The translations under genes were made by a program, and so were the position numbers. Of a stretch of 64,000 nucleotides of DNA, positions 36,526-49,162 are shown in pieces. Origin of the DNA: Podospora anserina. Taxonomy: Eukaryota. Within the stretch, counting starts at the first letter, position 1. Each line of letters begins with the position of its first letter. The stretch lies in contig CM030334.1 of the NCBI GenBank assembly GCA_017654855.1, forward strand, positions 3,906,001 through 3,970,000, in the 5' to 3' direction. The notes under the pieces were generated by a model that did not search any database, was not told where the DNA came from, and saw only the letters and a list, made by a program, of their open reading frames with translations.

Positions 36526-37634
36526 ATGGACTTGTCCAAACCACAATACTCGCTCCGCCGAGTCGGCCACCCCTTCACCAAGGACTACCAGGTCTATTTT
36601 GAGCGCAATGCCGACAAAATCGCTGTTTCTCCATTCCATGACATCCCACTGTATCACGATGAAGCCCGGAACGTGTTCAATATGGTGGTTGAAGTGCCAA
36701 GATGGACGAATGCCAAGTTTGAGGTAACCTTTTGATCACAATGACCAAGACATCCCCAACCACGATGCTGACGAAAATTCCATCCAGATATCAAGAGGCA
36801 AGAGCATGAACCCCATCACACAAGACACCTTGGATGGAAACCCACGATTCACGAGAAGTTGCTTTCCTTACAAAGGGTACATATGGAACTATGGTGCTCT
36901 TCCTCAGGTTTGCCACTCATGGTCCTCTGCGAGTGCAGGGCTGACAAATCAAGGTAGACATGGGAAGACCCGCACTACACAGATCCCGACACTGATGCCA
37001 AGGGTGATAATGATCCCATCGACGCCTGTGAGATCGGCCGTGCGATAGCGAAAACTGGACACGTCAAACAAGTGAAGATTCTTGGAGTCCTAGGCCTGCT
37101 GGATGAAGGCGAAACAGACTGGAAGCTGATTGTTATCGATGTGACTGACCCGTTGGCCGACAAATTGCACGACATTAGCGACGTAGAGAAGCATCTGCCG
37201 GGACTGTTGGATGCGACAAGAGACTGGTTCAGGATCTACATGGTTCCTAATGGGTACCCTCCGAATGACTATGCGTTGGAGGGCAAGTTCATGGACAAGG
37301 CGTACGCTCTCAAGGTTGTGAAGGAGTGCAGTGAGGCGTGGAGAAGATTGGTGCATGGGAAGGTTGAGAAGGGGGGTATCTCACTGTGAGTTTCTCTGTT
37401 TCACCGTGGATGCACAGCATTGACAAATTGTTCAGACACAACACAACTCTGTCAGGCACACCTGGAAAGTTGGATCCCAAGGATGTCGGTTTGCCGGCTG
37501 ATGAGAATCTCTCTCCTGCGCCGGTTCCGCAAGAATTGGAGGAGTGGTTCTATGTTGACCGAGAAAGACTTGAAGATGACAAGAAACTCGTGCATGGGGA
37601 TGATAGCTTGTGCATTACATTGGACCTGGCATAG
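36526..37634 (+). CDS. Family I inorganic pyrophosphatase (IPP1-like paralog); introns 36724-36787, 36908-36957, 37386-37435
   Basis: [56 protein letters not shown] and WFRIY motifs. Confidence 0.93.
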
Positions 37635-38010
37635 AGTATGCAAGAGCCGGTGGGGGGGGTTAGCTACCTGGCTAGTTCTGTTATTCCTGCTTCAAGCTTG
37701 GCAAGTGACGTCACCAATGCAGTTCATGTTCGCAGCACTTCAGCATTTCTTCCACTTGTACTCCGCTGCAGCTGTCGACTGCCCGTGCATCAATTAGCCA
37801 GTCAATCTCGGAACTCGGCTCACTCAATGGCATGTTTCATACCTGCTTTGAGTCCTTGCCTTGGCATACCCAGCCCAGTGACGACACCCGTGTCACCAAC
37901 ACCTTATTATCTACCTACTCCAACTCATTTATTGTTCTCATTTATTTTCTTTCTTAGTTGAACTACCTACTCAACGCTAGTATCACTCTACCGTTGACAA
38001 CTACCTACAA

Positions 38011-41000
38011 ATGGACGAGTTTGAAGAACGCGGCCCCCGCCGCGCCCATGGCGGTCCATACACATCCAAACACCCAGTCCCGACCATTAGAGGATACCGT
38101 GAACACCGTGCTGAGATCAAGCAGCGCCAGGAGCAGGCCGCCGCCAACGAAATCGAGGCCATTCCCACAAATGACAACAATCCAGACGACAACACGACCC
38201 ATCCAGCCGCCGGTGGCATCGACTCAGCAAACGGCAATACTGATTTAAAGTCTAAAGGCAAACGAGCCTATCAATCCATCAAAACCATCGCCAAAGATGA
38301 GGATCAAAACAGTGACAAGCAAACGCCCTACCAGTCAGTCAATCGACACACCATCCCACAAGACGAAAGAGAGGCACTTAAACAGCAATCAGATGCCGAT
38401 GAAACTTCTGCCCAAGAGACAGCAACTGACGGGGATGACGAGCTGGAAACTGATCCAAAGGAAAAGTCCGCAACAGAAACCGCGGCTGCGACTATCTCAC
38501 CGAAAGAAAAGCGCAAAGCGATGAAGAAGGCACACAAGGGGAAGAAGCGAAGAAAGGGAAGAAAGGTTACCGATCCGGTGACGCATTTACCGGTGGTGAT
38601 CCACGACATGACGGACGGGGATTTGAAAGCCGTGGGGTCGGACTCAGGGGTGTCGGGGTTATCAAGTGATGATGAGGGTGGAGATGAGGAGCTGATGCAG
38701 GGACTGTTCCCACCGCCAGACTTGAAGCACACGAAGAAGGAGTTGGGTAGGGTATACAGGAAGGCGCTGAGTGTCTACGGCATCGCCATTGGGGTGATTC
38801 TCGGGTTAGTGGTGTTAGGCCTAGGATGGGGAGCGGTCCTTGAACAACGACAGAACTGGACACAGTCCACTTTTATCACAACAACCGCCGTCATTGCAGT
38901 CACAGCTCTTGCTACCATCGGACTCGCGCAAGGTCTCTCATTCTGGATCTCGAAGAAAGTCGACCAAATTCTAGAAGATCAAGTTTGGGACGCGGATCGA
39001 GAACAAGAGATGTCGCTAAACAACAGATCATCCGACAATCTACCCGAGTCTGTTGCCTGGCTCAACTCGCTTCTCGGTTCCATTTGGCCACTCATCAACC
39101 CCGACCTATTTGCCTCCCTGGTCGATACACTGGAAGATGTCATGCAAGCCTCCCTCCCCAAAGTCATCAGGATGGTGAGTGTGGACGACATCGGTCAAGG
39201 CAGCGAAGGTGTGCGCATCTTGGGTGTCAAATGGCTGCCCACAGCCAAAGCAGCCGAGTCAGTGAGCCATGACGATGGGGATGGAGAAGAAGAAATGGAG
39301 GCCGAGGAAGGGGATTTTGTCAACTTGGAACTGGCATTTGCATACCGGGCGCAGAAGTCGGGGAAGACGATCAAGTCCAAGGCGAAAAACGCCCATCTGT
39401 ACCTCAAATTCTACCTGCCTGGTGGGCTGGCTGTGCCTGTTTGGGTGGAACTGAAGGGGTTGGTGGGTGTGATGAGGTTCAGGCTGCAGCTTACCCCTGA
39501 TCCGCCATTCTTTGAGCTCTGCACTCTCACCTTCTTGGGGCAACCCAGGGCGGACATCTCTTGTGTACCGCTGTCGAAGCACAATCTCAACCTCATGAAC
39601 GTGCCCTTGATCTCGGGATTCGTGCAGTCGGCTATGGATGCAGCATTGGCGGAATACGTTGCTCCCAAGTCACTGACGCTGAACCTCAAGGACATGCTTG
39701 TCGGGGACGACTTCAAGAAGGACACCGTCTCGAGGGGCATCGTGGCGGTGCATATCGATCGGGCCAGGGGGTTCAAGGAGGGTGATAGTGGCTTGGGTTT
39801 TATCAAGCCCGGCTCCAGCGATTCGTATGTCTCGGTTTCTTGGGGAAAGTTTGGGAAGCCGGTTGGTTCGACGCGAATCATCAAGAGCGACCAATCGCCA
39901 AACTGGAACGAGTGGATATTTGTCCTGGTGTCGCCAGATGAGATCAACGCGGAGGAAACACTCAGAATTCAGCTCTGGGACTCGGACAAGCATACCGCCG
40001 ATGACGATTTGGGAAAGGTGGAAGTGACTCTGAAGGAGTTGATGCACGGCCAAGACACGAGAAATAAGATGTGTGAGAGGGAGGATGACCTGCACGCGGA
40101 CGATCCTGACGAGAAGCTGCCGGGGCAGTTGAAGTGGTCGGTGGGGTACTTTTCCAAGGCACATATCCAACAGTGCCAACTTGACCGACAGACCGTCGAC
40201 CCATCGATTCGGACCGTTGAGGGTCTGAAGAAGAAAACCAAGGAGCAGACAAAGCACAAGCTGAGAGAGGCGCTTGACGCCGGCTCAGAAGAACAAACGG
40301 ACGAACTAGCCCAGCAAGAGGTACAGGATCTGAAAGAGATGGAGGATATGATGATCATCTCTGCTCCTCCCCCACAAGGATATCCGAGCGGAATCTTGAG
40401 TATCCAGATTCACAACATCACGGGGCTGGAGGTGGCCAAGCTCAACCGCGACCGTTCGGCCGATTCAAATTCGGGCGGAAACCAGATTGAGGAAGAAGGG
40501 GAGGCTGGAGACGGGGATGCACCCGACGGCTACTGCACCATCATCCTCAACCATGTCCAGGTGTACAAGACCAGAACGAAGCCTAGAAATGCGCATCCCT
40601 TCTTCAACGCCGGAACGGAGCGGTTTATCAGGGACTGGAAGACTGCCGAGGTTATGATCTCTGTCAGAGATAGCCGAGAAGGGGAGAGCGATCCTCTTTT
40701 GGGAGTGGTGTACCTGCCATTGCGAAAGGTCTTTGCCGACAGGAGCCAAGTCATGGGAACATGGCCTCTTGCGGGTGGGATCGGCTATGGCCGTGTCAGG
40801 GTCAGCATGGTCTGGAGGAGCGTGAAGCTGAACATGGTCAAGGAAATTGGGACCGGATGGGAGTATGGGACTCTGGAGGTCAAAGCACCCATCAAGCCTG
40901 CGGGTGGTTTGAATCAGGAGCTCATGAAGAAGTGGAACAAAATAAAGATCAAGACCAAGATTGGAAAGGAAAAGATGCACTTCTCTTCAGAAATTGACGC

Positions 41001-41913
41001 GTGGAGACCCAAGAGACAGAGCAAGGAGAATGTCTTTGTCGGCGTTTCGAACCGATATGCAACTTCGTTAGTGCTTGAGTTCAAGGATACGAGCAAGGTT
41101 ATGGGAGAGGATGCCGTTGCCTTGGCTGTCTTGTGGCTGGGAGACATCCCCGATGAGGAGGAGACGACTGTCAGGCTCAACGTCTGGAAGGGCGGTAAAA
41201 AGCAGCTGAAGCGGGCAAGGGGGTGTGCCGATTATGAAGGACTGGAGGACGGCGAAGAGCCTTTCGGTGAAGTGGAGCTGACGGTCAGGTTGTGGAGAGG
41301 ACTGAGCGGTTATCACAAGCATATTGGAGGAAAGTCGAGCAACAAGTCATCATGTATCAGGAGCGTGCTGGAAGTCTTGGACACGGTGAATGACGAGAAG
41401 ATGATTGACTATTATGATGACTCAGATTCAGGGTCTGATTCCTCCTCAGACTCAGAGTCATCTTCCAGCTCAGATTCGGACTTTGGGGAAGACGGCGGTC
41501 AGGGTACACCACGAAAGGGAGATTCAAATGAGGAAGCTGAGAAGCGAAAGATGCTTCGCAAGGCGGGCCAGGATAGTACGACTGAGTACTCTTCAGAAGA
41601 AGACGGACAGTCAGGAAATGGAAACCCCATCAAGCCTGTCAAGAAGGTAAAAACAAAGATCAAGAAGCGAGCGTCATCGTTGGTGGATGGAAAGGACGTC
41701 AGCGATGATGATGGGAAACGGGGGCCGATTTCTCAGCTGCAGGACTACAAGAGGCATCACAAGCAGCTTCACCGCAAACATAGAGGTGTCATGCAGTGGA
41801 AGGCCGCTAGGTCGGTGGGTTGGATGGCGGACAAGGTCAAGGATGGGAAGAGCAAAGTTCAGGGGCTCGTGCATCATAGTGATAAGGAGCAGGGGATTGA
41901 GACCGAGGTGTAG
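38011..41913 (+). CDS. SMP plus multi-C2-domain membrane protein (tricalbin/Mug190-like)
   Basis: Two TM segments, ESVAWLNSLL..WP (SMP start), C2 motifs SDSYVSV, PNWNE, QLWDSD..DDDLGKV, and an acidic Ser-rich tail. Confidence 0.88.
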   Translation: MDEFEERGPRRAHGGPYTSKHPVPTIRGYREHRAEIKQRQEQAAANEIEAIPTNDNNPDDNTTHPAAGGIDSANGNTDLKSKGKRAYQSIKTIAKDEDQNSDKQTPYQSVNRHTIPQDEREALKQQSDADETSAQETATDGDDELETDPKEKSATETAAATISPKEKRKAMKKAHKGKKRRKGRKVTDPVTHLPVVIHDMTDGDLKAVGSDSGVSGLSSDDEGGDEELMQGLFPPPDLKHTKKELGRVYRKALSVYGIAIGVILGLVVLGLGWGAVLEQRQNWTQSTFITTTAVIAVTALATIGLAQGLSFWISKKVDQILEDQVWDADREQEMSLNNRSSDNLPESVAWLNSLLGSIWPLINPDLFASLVDTLEDVMQASLPKVIRMVSVDDIGQGSEGVRILGVKWLPTAKAAESVSHDDGDGEEEMEAEEGDFVNLELAFAYRAQKSGKTIKSKAKNAHLYLKFYLPGGLAVPVWVELKGLVGVMRFRLQLTPDPPFFELCTLTFLGQPRADISCVPLSKHNLNLMNVPLISGFVQSAMDAALAEYVAPKSLTLNLKDMLVGDDFKKDTVSRGIVAVHIDRARGFKEGDSGLGFIKPGSSDSYVSVSWGKFGKPVGSTRIIKSDQSPNWNEWIFVLVSPDEINAEETLRIQLWDSDKHTADDDLGKVEVTLKELMHGQDTRNKMCEREDDLHADDPDEKLPGQLKWSVGYFSKAHIQQCQLDRQTVDPSIRTVEGLKKKTKEQTKHKLREALDAGSEEQTDELAQQEVQDLKEMEDMMIISAPPPQGYPSGILSIQIHNITGLEVAKLNRDRSADSNSGGNQIEEEGEAGDGDAPDGYCTIILNHVQVYKTRTKPRNAHPFFNAGTERFIRDWKTAEVMISVRDSREGESDPLLGVVYLPLRKVFADRSQVMGTWPLAGGIGYGRVRVSMVWRSVKLNMVKEIGTGWEYGTLEVKAPIKPAGGLNQELMKKWNKIKIKTKIGKEKMHFSSEIDAWRPKRQSKENVFVGVSNRYATSLVLEFKDTSKVMGEDAVALAVLWLGDIPDEEETTVRLNVWKGGKKQLKRARGCADYEGLEDGEEPFGEVELTVRLWRGLSGYHKHIGGKSSNKSSCIRSVLEVLDTVNDEKMIDYYDDSDSGSDSSSDSESSSSSDSDFGEDGGQGTPRKGDSNEEAEKRKMLRKAGQDSTTEYSSEEDGQSGNGNPIKPVKKVKTKIKKRASSLVDGKDVSDDDGKRGPISQLQDYKRHHKQLHRKHRGVMQWKAARSVGWMADKVKDGKSKVQGLVHHSDKEQGIETEV

Positions 41914-42099
41914 GTACCTAGTTGCTAGTAGCTTTGGGACTCTATATATCTTAATCAAATGGAGAGAATTGTCTATTTACATTCTCTGTCACAAAGTATC
42001 AGCGCGAATAATGAATAATGACTGTGATGAAACGGCACGGTTCGTAGTTGATTTAGCCAAAGAAGTGGTCATTCACTTATCGGCGGTTCTCTCCAATCT

Positions 42100-44703
42100 T
42101 TCTCCTCAAGATCGCTGCTGCAGCCTTCATAAACCCCCTGCCCAAGGTACAAGAACAAAATATGTGTTGATCTTCCAGTTTTGAGATGTCATAGCCGTGC
42201 TCCAAAACCATCACAAAAAGGTTTGACGATCCAGTATCCAACCAAGACTTGAGTGCTCCCATCGAGAATTTCCGAGATAGCCAAGGGTCTCCTTGTTTGC
42301 TCGGCGATATGTTAGTAGCTCCAGCTGAATGGCTCCCCAGATCAGTTCCTGGGGCGACACAATAGCGCTACTACACAGTCCGGACTGCATCATATCATCT
42401 CCCAATCCGGGGCCAGAGTGATGCCCTGAAGCCGAGCGTGGCTCTTCGTCAATGTCAGGTGGCGATGTCCGTTGTGATGAGAGCCTGCTGGTATTCATAT
42501 ACCGTATCTGAAGAATACGCCTGATGCATAGCCACCCAGTCCTACATTCGGGTGGCCACTTCGCCACCAAAGACTGAGGAACCTGTACCATCAATCCATA
42601 GGCATCAAGTAACTCATGGTAGCATCGCCCAGGCTTGGTGGTCCCCAAAATGTCGCGGATGGACACAACCGTTTCTAGCGATGAGTCTGCTCCCGAAGAA
42701 AGCAGACAGGAGACCATTGCCAGTGGGCCGAAAAGGGTTTCTCCACCCATTCCGCGATGCGCGAGGTAGAAGGCCAGCACAACAACTGCCTGAAGCGGGC
42801 TGAGTTTGAGCTCCAAACCGCAACAAGCACACCGCCGGACGAACAGACCGCTGAGAGTGTTGATGTCGGTAAACCCAGGCGCAGTGGTCACGGTAATGAT
42901 GCTGTGACATACCGCTGTCACAGATGTATGGCAGAATGGATGCTTCCAGTCGTCTTGCACACGGGCATATCCCCGCCTGAAGAGAGAACGAAGAACTGGC
43001 GAGTCGCAATCCCATCTGCCGCAAATGTCCTTTTCCTCTCCTGGGAATCGGTTGGGCGGGTTAAAGGCCAAACTAACCTCATCGGGCCAAACAGAGGTGT
43101 GTGATCGGAGAATGGTGATCAGGAGAGTGTCCAGTACTGTATGCTGAAAGTTGTCTTGGGTCCCAGTAGAGATGTCACGAGGCTGGAGCCGAATCAATAG
43201 CTCTAACATCAATTCGAAACACTTACCACCATGGAGAAAGGTCGCGGCAAGGTGAAGAGGGTTGATCTCGTTGATCCTTGCTGGCAAATGTCCGTCATTC
43301 TGCCGGCAGAGCTCGACCAAAAGGCTCTGGTTGCCCGACAAGATGGCCATTTTGAAGGCCTCTAGTTGAATGGCGTGGGGATCCTGTGCCACTGATCGTG
43401 AGATGAACTCGGTCAAGATCGGCACCTGGGGTGGAGATGTCCGTGAGAAGGTGCTCTGAATCAGGCTTTCCTTGATCGTGGCGACCATGGACGACTCCGA
43501 GCTCCTTTTCCACAGTTTCCATGATTTTGGAGTATTGACATCAAAGAAGTCATCGCCGTTGTCTTCGTCAATATCCAAAACCCCTCGATTGCTTGGCTCA
43601 TTCCCCAAAATCGGCCACTGACAAAGCAGCGGAGGAGCTTCGGGTATCTCAGCCTCGTCATGATGGCTGGATGCCGATGTAGCGGCAGTGCTGTCATCGG
43701 ACTGTCAACCGTGAACGAGCCAAGCGTGAACGCAGATATCATTCTGGGAGTCCATTGACGTGGTCCCATGCCCCAATACTTTGCCGTGACGAATGCGTGA
43801 ACATGAAAGTCGTGGAGGTAATTCACGAGCGTGCTAGACTCGGTCAGAACAGGTGCCACAAAAAAGCAGATATCTCAGTTATAGGAAATAGCTCCTCTTA
43901 CGTGCGATCATCCCTACCACAGCTTTCCAACAGTTCTTTATGACGCCCCTGAAAGAGCAGACTGGAGCGGTCCCACGCAACCTTCTTATGCACTAGCTGA
44001 GTTGTTGGTGACGGACTAAATGTGTGTCCTCCCGGTGTGGTTGCATCGCAAGGCTGGATATCCATGTAGTCTGGCGTTGCGCCTACCGGGCGGAATGGGG
44101 AAGGTTGGTCGGGCGTTTTACCAAAGGTCTTCGCGTATGCTGCATATGGAAGGCTCCATGATGACAGCCTGTATGAGATAGGTATCCGGAATATCGTCAG
44201 TTGCCATTTAACCATCAACTATTAGGTATGACTTACACTCCTGGCAAAATGGGATCGATCGACTGGTGTCGAATCTGATCACCGAGGTATCTCTTCATCT
44301 GCTTCTTGTCCAGAGCCCTGCGTTGGCCAACTTGACGTGTGATGTGCTGAATTCATGACTGGATCGCTTGCCAATGGCCGCAACAATCTCTTTCTTCTCG
44401 CTGGTAAGGGTTCGTTTACGAACATCCCACTCCCTGAACCAGCGCCGATATTGGCTTTCGCTATAGTACAAATGTTAGCAGTATAAACAATCTAAATGAA
44501 CGAAAATACTAACGCGCCGTGGAACTGATAATGGCACTTCATGAAATTGGCAACTTGGCTTATCGTCAAGCCTTTGCCGTTGGAACCGCGGGCTTCCAGG
44601 TAGAAGGGATAATGATGGGTTTCAAAGCCTTCCAACGCTCCTCATACGGAATATGAAGGAACTTGGCCTCCTGGGACGAAGGGGTCAGATTGCTGATGTC
44701 CAT
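42100..44703 (-). pseudogene. Clr5-domain protein pseudogene (3' end approximate)
   Basis: EERWKALKPIII / FYLE..VANFMKCHYQF / SQYRRWFREWDVRK is a Clr5-like N-terminus split by a frameshift and an intron. The body (43608-42211) has NPLHLAATFLHGGKC and FPGEEKDICGRWD. Several frame breaks. Confidence 0.65.
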
Positions 44704-45675
44704 TGAGAGTCTTTGATCCAAAGTTGCTTGGATAGTGAATGGGTAAAATGAGATGTTGGGTACACCGGAGTATGAAAGGAAGGGCATGTCATTGAGGGAG
44801 TGTTGTGGGCTTGGCTTATATGCTTGGAGATTGATCGATGGTGGTCCGTGCTAATGTGCCCAAGGTACCACCCATGTGCCTACCTATCCATGACTGCTCC
44901 CATTTGACATGCACGACAAGCTGGCTTGTATCTCTTTACATGGGTATTCGTCTCCACGAACCGTAATCGGTCGTGGGACCGCTGAGGTGTACCTCAACCT
45001 ATCCACCAGGGGCAGAAATAGACACCAACAACCAATCATAGATATGACAAAAAACGTCAATGGCCTGTCAGAGATGGGGAACAAAAGGTCACGGCCCAAT
45101 GGGAAGGAAGCTACATCAGACCCAATGAGATCGGTGTCACAATGCCGGCGATTTTCTAGCGGAGGTTAGGTTAACAGTCAACAAAATGTCAGGAGCGAAT
45201 CAGACTGTACAAAAGTCTGAGGCCTTTCTGTCATCAGCGAGGTCTGGGCTGCGGGTGTGGCAGGCGACACTGGGCACTGTCGTGGCTGTCATGCGTCGAT
45301 TCTACCTCGCAGGCAGATGACGAAGTACCTTGGCGCTCTTGTGTTCCAAGACTCCAGACGGCTTTTCCGGTGTCCTGAACACCGTCAATTGGTTCTGGTG
45401 TTGATTCATGCTAGAAACAGCTATCATGTTCGTAAGGGTCGGTGGATGTCTGGCACACATGTATCTGTGGAACCCTACAGTCTTCGGTAATGTACCAGAG
45501 TGAGGTACCTAGCTTTCCTCCTGCCTCTATCCACTGCGGACTATAAACACCTTGATCCTTCCCATAAGTCTTCTTTCTTCAACTTCAACTGATAGCCTTT
45601 TAATCATTGCCTGTGAACCATCTTTCTTGTCGCTACCTTGGTGCTACTTTTGTCAAGTTTATTTTCATACCGACA

Positions 45676-46157
45676 ATGGCCTTCGACGATCCTAGCAAGT
45701 ATGCCCAGTCATCTCCTGGTTTCCACTTTCGACCCCGTATTCCCTGACGGATTTACCACTTTACAATGCCTTTCGTTTTTCCCTTTAACATACTGTCGAG
45801 TCTAATCACCCTTGCTGCTGCAGTACAACCCTAACCCGAACTTCGAGTGTCGTTGCTCGAAATGGATCTTCGGCGTCCCAGTCACGCTCAACAAGCTACA
45901 CAGCTTCAACTCACAACGTTCTGAGCGGCACTATGGATACCAAGAGGCTGATCAAAAACAATCTGAATCCAGAGCCGGACCTGCTCGGGATTGGGAGTCA
46001 GTTCGATTCCGATCTGCAGTAAGTCATCAAGATGTGGTCTTGATTCGAACTTTCTTTTCATTCTGACGGCCCAGCGTGATACAGTATTTTGCTCCATCCT
46101 CCTCAACAGATTCTTGACTTGGACCTTTCGGAAGAATCCTTGCTGATTCTGGAATAG
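45676..46157 (+). CDS. Putative small orphan protein (96 aa); exons 45676-45698, 45824-46018, 46085-46157
   Basis: TATAAA at 45542, ACAATGG start context, two GT-AG introns with CTAAT and CTGAC branch sites. The spliced frame is open. No homology recognised. Confidence 0.45.
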
Positions 46158-46523
46158 GAATGTCAATTTAGGCATTCTTGCCAGAAATCACGAATGTTTT
46201 TGTGGGGTACAGGCTTTTCGGATTCTTCAGGTTCAACTTCAGTTCAATGCAAAACTTTCATAAATCATTCTGGGCCAAGGCTTTTACTTTGTATTGCGGA
46301 AATCCACGGTCAAGGCAAGTGGAGAAAGCCCTGGGTGTCAACAAAAGAGGTCTTCTTGGGTAGTTCTTTGCACTAGGTATCTTACAACTTTTATGAAACC
46401 AAGCATCATCCTACGCCCTCTACTCAACCATTGACTCTAAGGAACATCATATAGGCGTCTTATTTCCTAGGAAGCTACCCTCAGCCACAAGACACAGATC
46501 TGGTCCTCTCTCGGTCCACCACT

Positions 46524-48801
46524 TTACACCAACAAGACATCCCTCAACTCAGCCCCGACAATAAAATCGGCAAACGTCACTCTCCCGACGGTCCTCTTGT
46601 AAAAGTACTCTTCAAAATACCCAATCCTGCGATAAGCTCCCTTTTCAGTTTCGACAACCACCAAACCTCCCCAGTTCGACATCCCAATGTCCGGATCATG
46701 CACTGTCCGTTCGAACAATGGCATCAACAACACGTCCACAACAGCAGACCCGGAATCCCCCGCCCACCCATCCTCCCAAGCATCAAGGTTAACCCCAATC
46801 TTATCGGCATATGCCCTCGCAGCCGTGACCGTCACATTTGCCTTCTTTTCTTTCGAAACAACACCCTCAATGTCTGACTCCACGGTCTCAAAATCAACCC
46901 TCAAACTAACCCGATGAACCCTCCCCCTAATCACCAACGAAGCACTCTTCACCGCCGCAAACCTCGCCTTAGGCATCACCGGCTCAGCCTCAGCCTTGAG
47001 AACAGTCCCATAAAAGACAACCCCTTCTTCATCTTCTTCCTCCGTCTTGAACGACACATGCGAGTCCGTCGACGCCCAGGACCAGCTAGGCCCAGTGTAC
47101 ACCCCGTACCGGGGCCTCATCCCGCTCGCCATGACAGACCAGACAAGACAGGCGGGCATGTCCTCCTTCCACAACCCAGCCACGTACGTCTTTTTCTGCT
47201 CCTGCTCGTAAATTGCCGCGATGGCGGACACGGCGGTGATCTTGTCGCCGGGAAAGGACAGCTTGCGGTTGGTGTAATCTGATACAATCCTCGACCATGG
47301 GGCGAGCGCTTGGCCGGGAACAACGGGGAGGTCACGCGATAAGGGATCGTCGCGTTTGTTGGCGCCGGTCACGGTGGTGGCGACGACGTGGCGGCAGGAC
47401 CATTCGAGGCCGGCGGTGGAGTAGTGGAGGGAACGGACGGGGAGTTTACGTTCTTGGTAGGTCCAGCCGCGGGTGCGGATGGGGTCCAGGTCTTCGAGGC
47501 CATAGCTGTTGTTGGCTTTGAGGAGGAGGGCGGTGGTGTTGGGGTTGGGGCTGCTCTTGGACGGCCGGAAACTGATTTGCACTGGGTGGACGGTGTCCTC
47601 GTAAAAGTAGATGGGGCGGTCTTGGAGGAATCCTTTGTGAACCGAGTCGGCGGAGGCGGCGTTTATGGTCACTGTGGAGTACTGGTAGATTTGGGCCATG
47701 GACCGGAGCTCGACTGCCAGGTCGTCGTTGTCGTCTTGGATGATGCAGAGACAGTCAATCCAGAGATGGGGGATTCCAATGTTTTGGCAGACTGCAATGG
47801 CGTGCTGGATGGTGGGTGGAAGTTTGGCTAGCGGGATGCCTTTGTGATGGTCCTCGATATTCGCCTTGAGGGTACGCACGGGTTGTAAACCACCCCAGAC
47901 GTAGCTCAGAGCCGCCCATCTAGCATGATTCCCGATATTCGGCACTGATTTCGACTCGACAACGCGAATCTTGTTATCGATGATCGCCGTGACATCCAAC
48001 AGCCTTGTAGGAACAAAACTGGATGGTTCTAGTCGACAGCTGACGTGGTGCAAGGTGCAGTCGTCAATCCACGCCTTGGCTTTGGAATAGGCCCAGTCGG
48101 ACGTCACACGAGTATAAATGAGAGCTTCTAAGGCAGAATATAAGCTTAACAAGATCTTGAATCACAAAAGTGAAATAACACGTACCCGGCAACGATAGAA
48201 GGGCATCGCCAGCGGGTGAATCCTCGTCATCACATCGAAACCTGGGCCAGCGGTACAAGAACTTGATTTTCCCATCTCGAACGCCAATAAACAGATCCTT
48301 CCTTGGGCTCGTCCCCGCGCTTGCACTCTTTCCAACCTCCACATCGCTCGCAACAGCAGCATAAGTCGAGTATCTATGTGGGCGAAGGTGCCGTCTCTCT
48401 TGAAACACCGAATAGAGATAGCGAAACAGCGGGCACTTCTCCCCCGCTTTCCACATCCGTTTGTCTGACATGGAAAGACGGAGAATACACCGACCACCTT
48501 GACTGAAGGCATGGACGGGCAGTCCATCTTCCAGAATGACGACGTTGCTGCAAAGATGGCAAGAGTGAGGCGCGTCCATGTGTTTAAGCCACGCGTCGTC
48601 CGGGTGGCTCTTGATGTCTTGATTCAGTCCAGAATCGCTGCCGTCGTCTTCCACATCGTCATCCTCACTGTCCTCAAGATGGGTGTCTTTTAGCCTGTCA
48701 GAGTTGTCCGGCGGTATGTCGAGGGCGCTTTTGTTGTGGGTCCACAGGCGGTGATCCCACAGACTGATGCCACTCTGGGGCCCACTTGAGAGTGAAGCCA
48801 T
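46524..48801 (-). CDS. HET-domain (heterokaryon incompatibility, PF06985-type) protein; intron 48128-48185
   Basis: PTRLLDV, WAALSYVWGG, LPPTIQHAI, LWIDCLCIIQDD, MAQIY, RGWTYQER, W..IVSDYT.RKLS...DK, YVAGLW and PSWSWAS motifs. N-terminal CHLC and CPLF. Confidence 0.92.
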
Positions 48802-49162
48802 CTCCTAGAATTAAGACGCACCGGAGAGTCCGGACAAAGTGAGATGGAGAATGGGTGGTGGCCTCAAGGTTGTAAGAAAACCGTGGCGCAGTTCCTAGCT
48901 CGGCAGATTAGGTCCAAAAAGTCCAACACCCAAACCCAACAAGTCGATGCAGCAAGAACAAAACAAACCAATCAAACGGCCGTGTCACCACCAACAAACC
49001 AACAGATATCTATGTCGCATACGCCTACCTTTACCTAATTGAGTCCTGAGAGGATAGTGCTCATGATGTCAAATCCATTGATCCTGAAATACAGCAGCCA
49101 TACATTTCGTACTGCTGTAATTACCTAGACTAGGTACTTTGGACAACCAGATCTTCTCGCAG

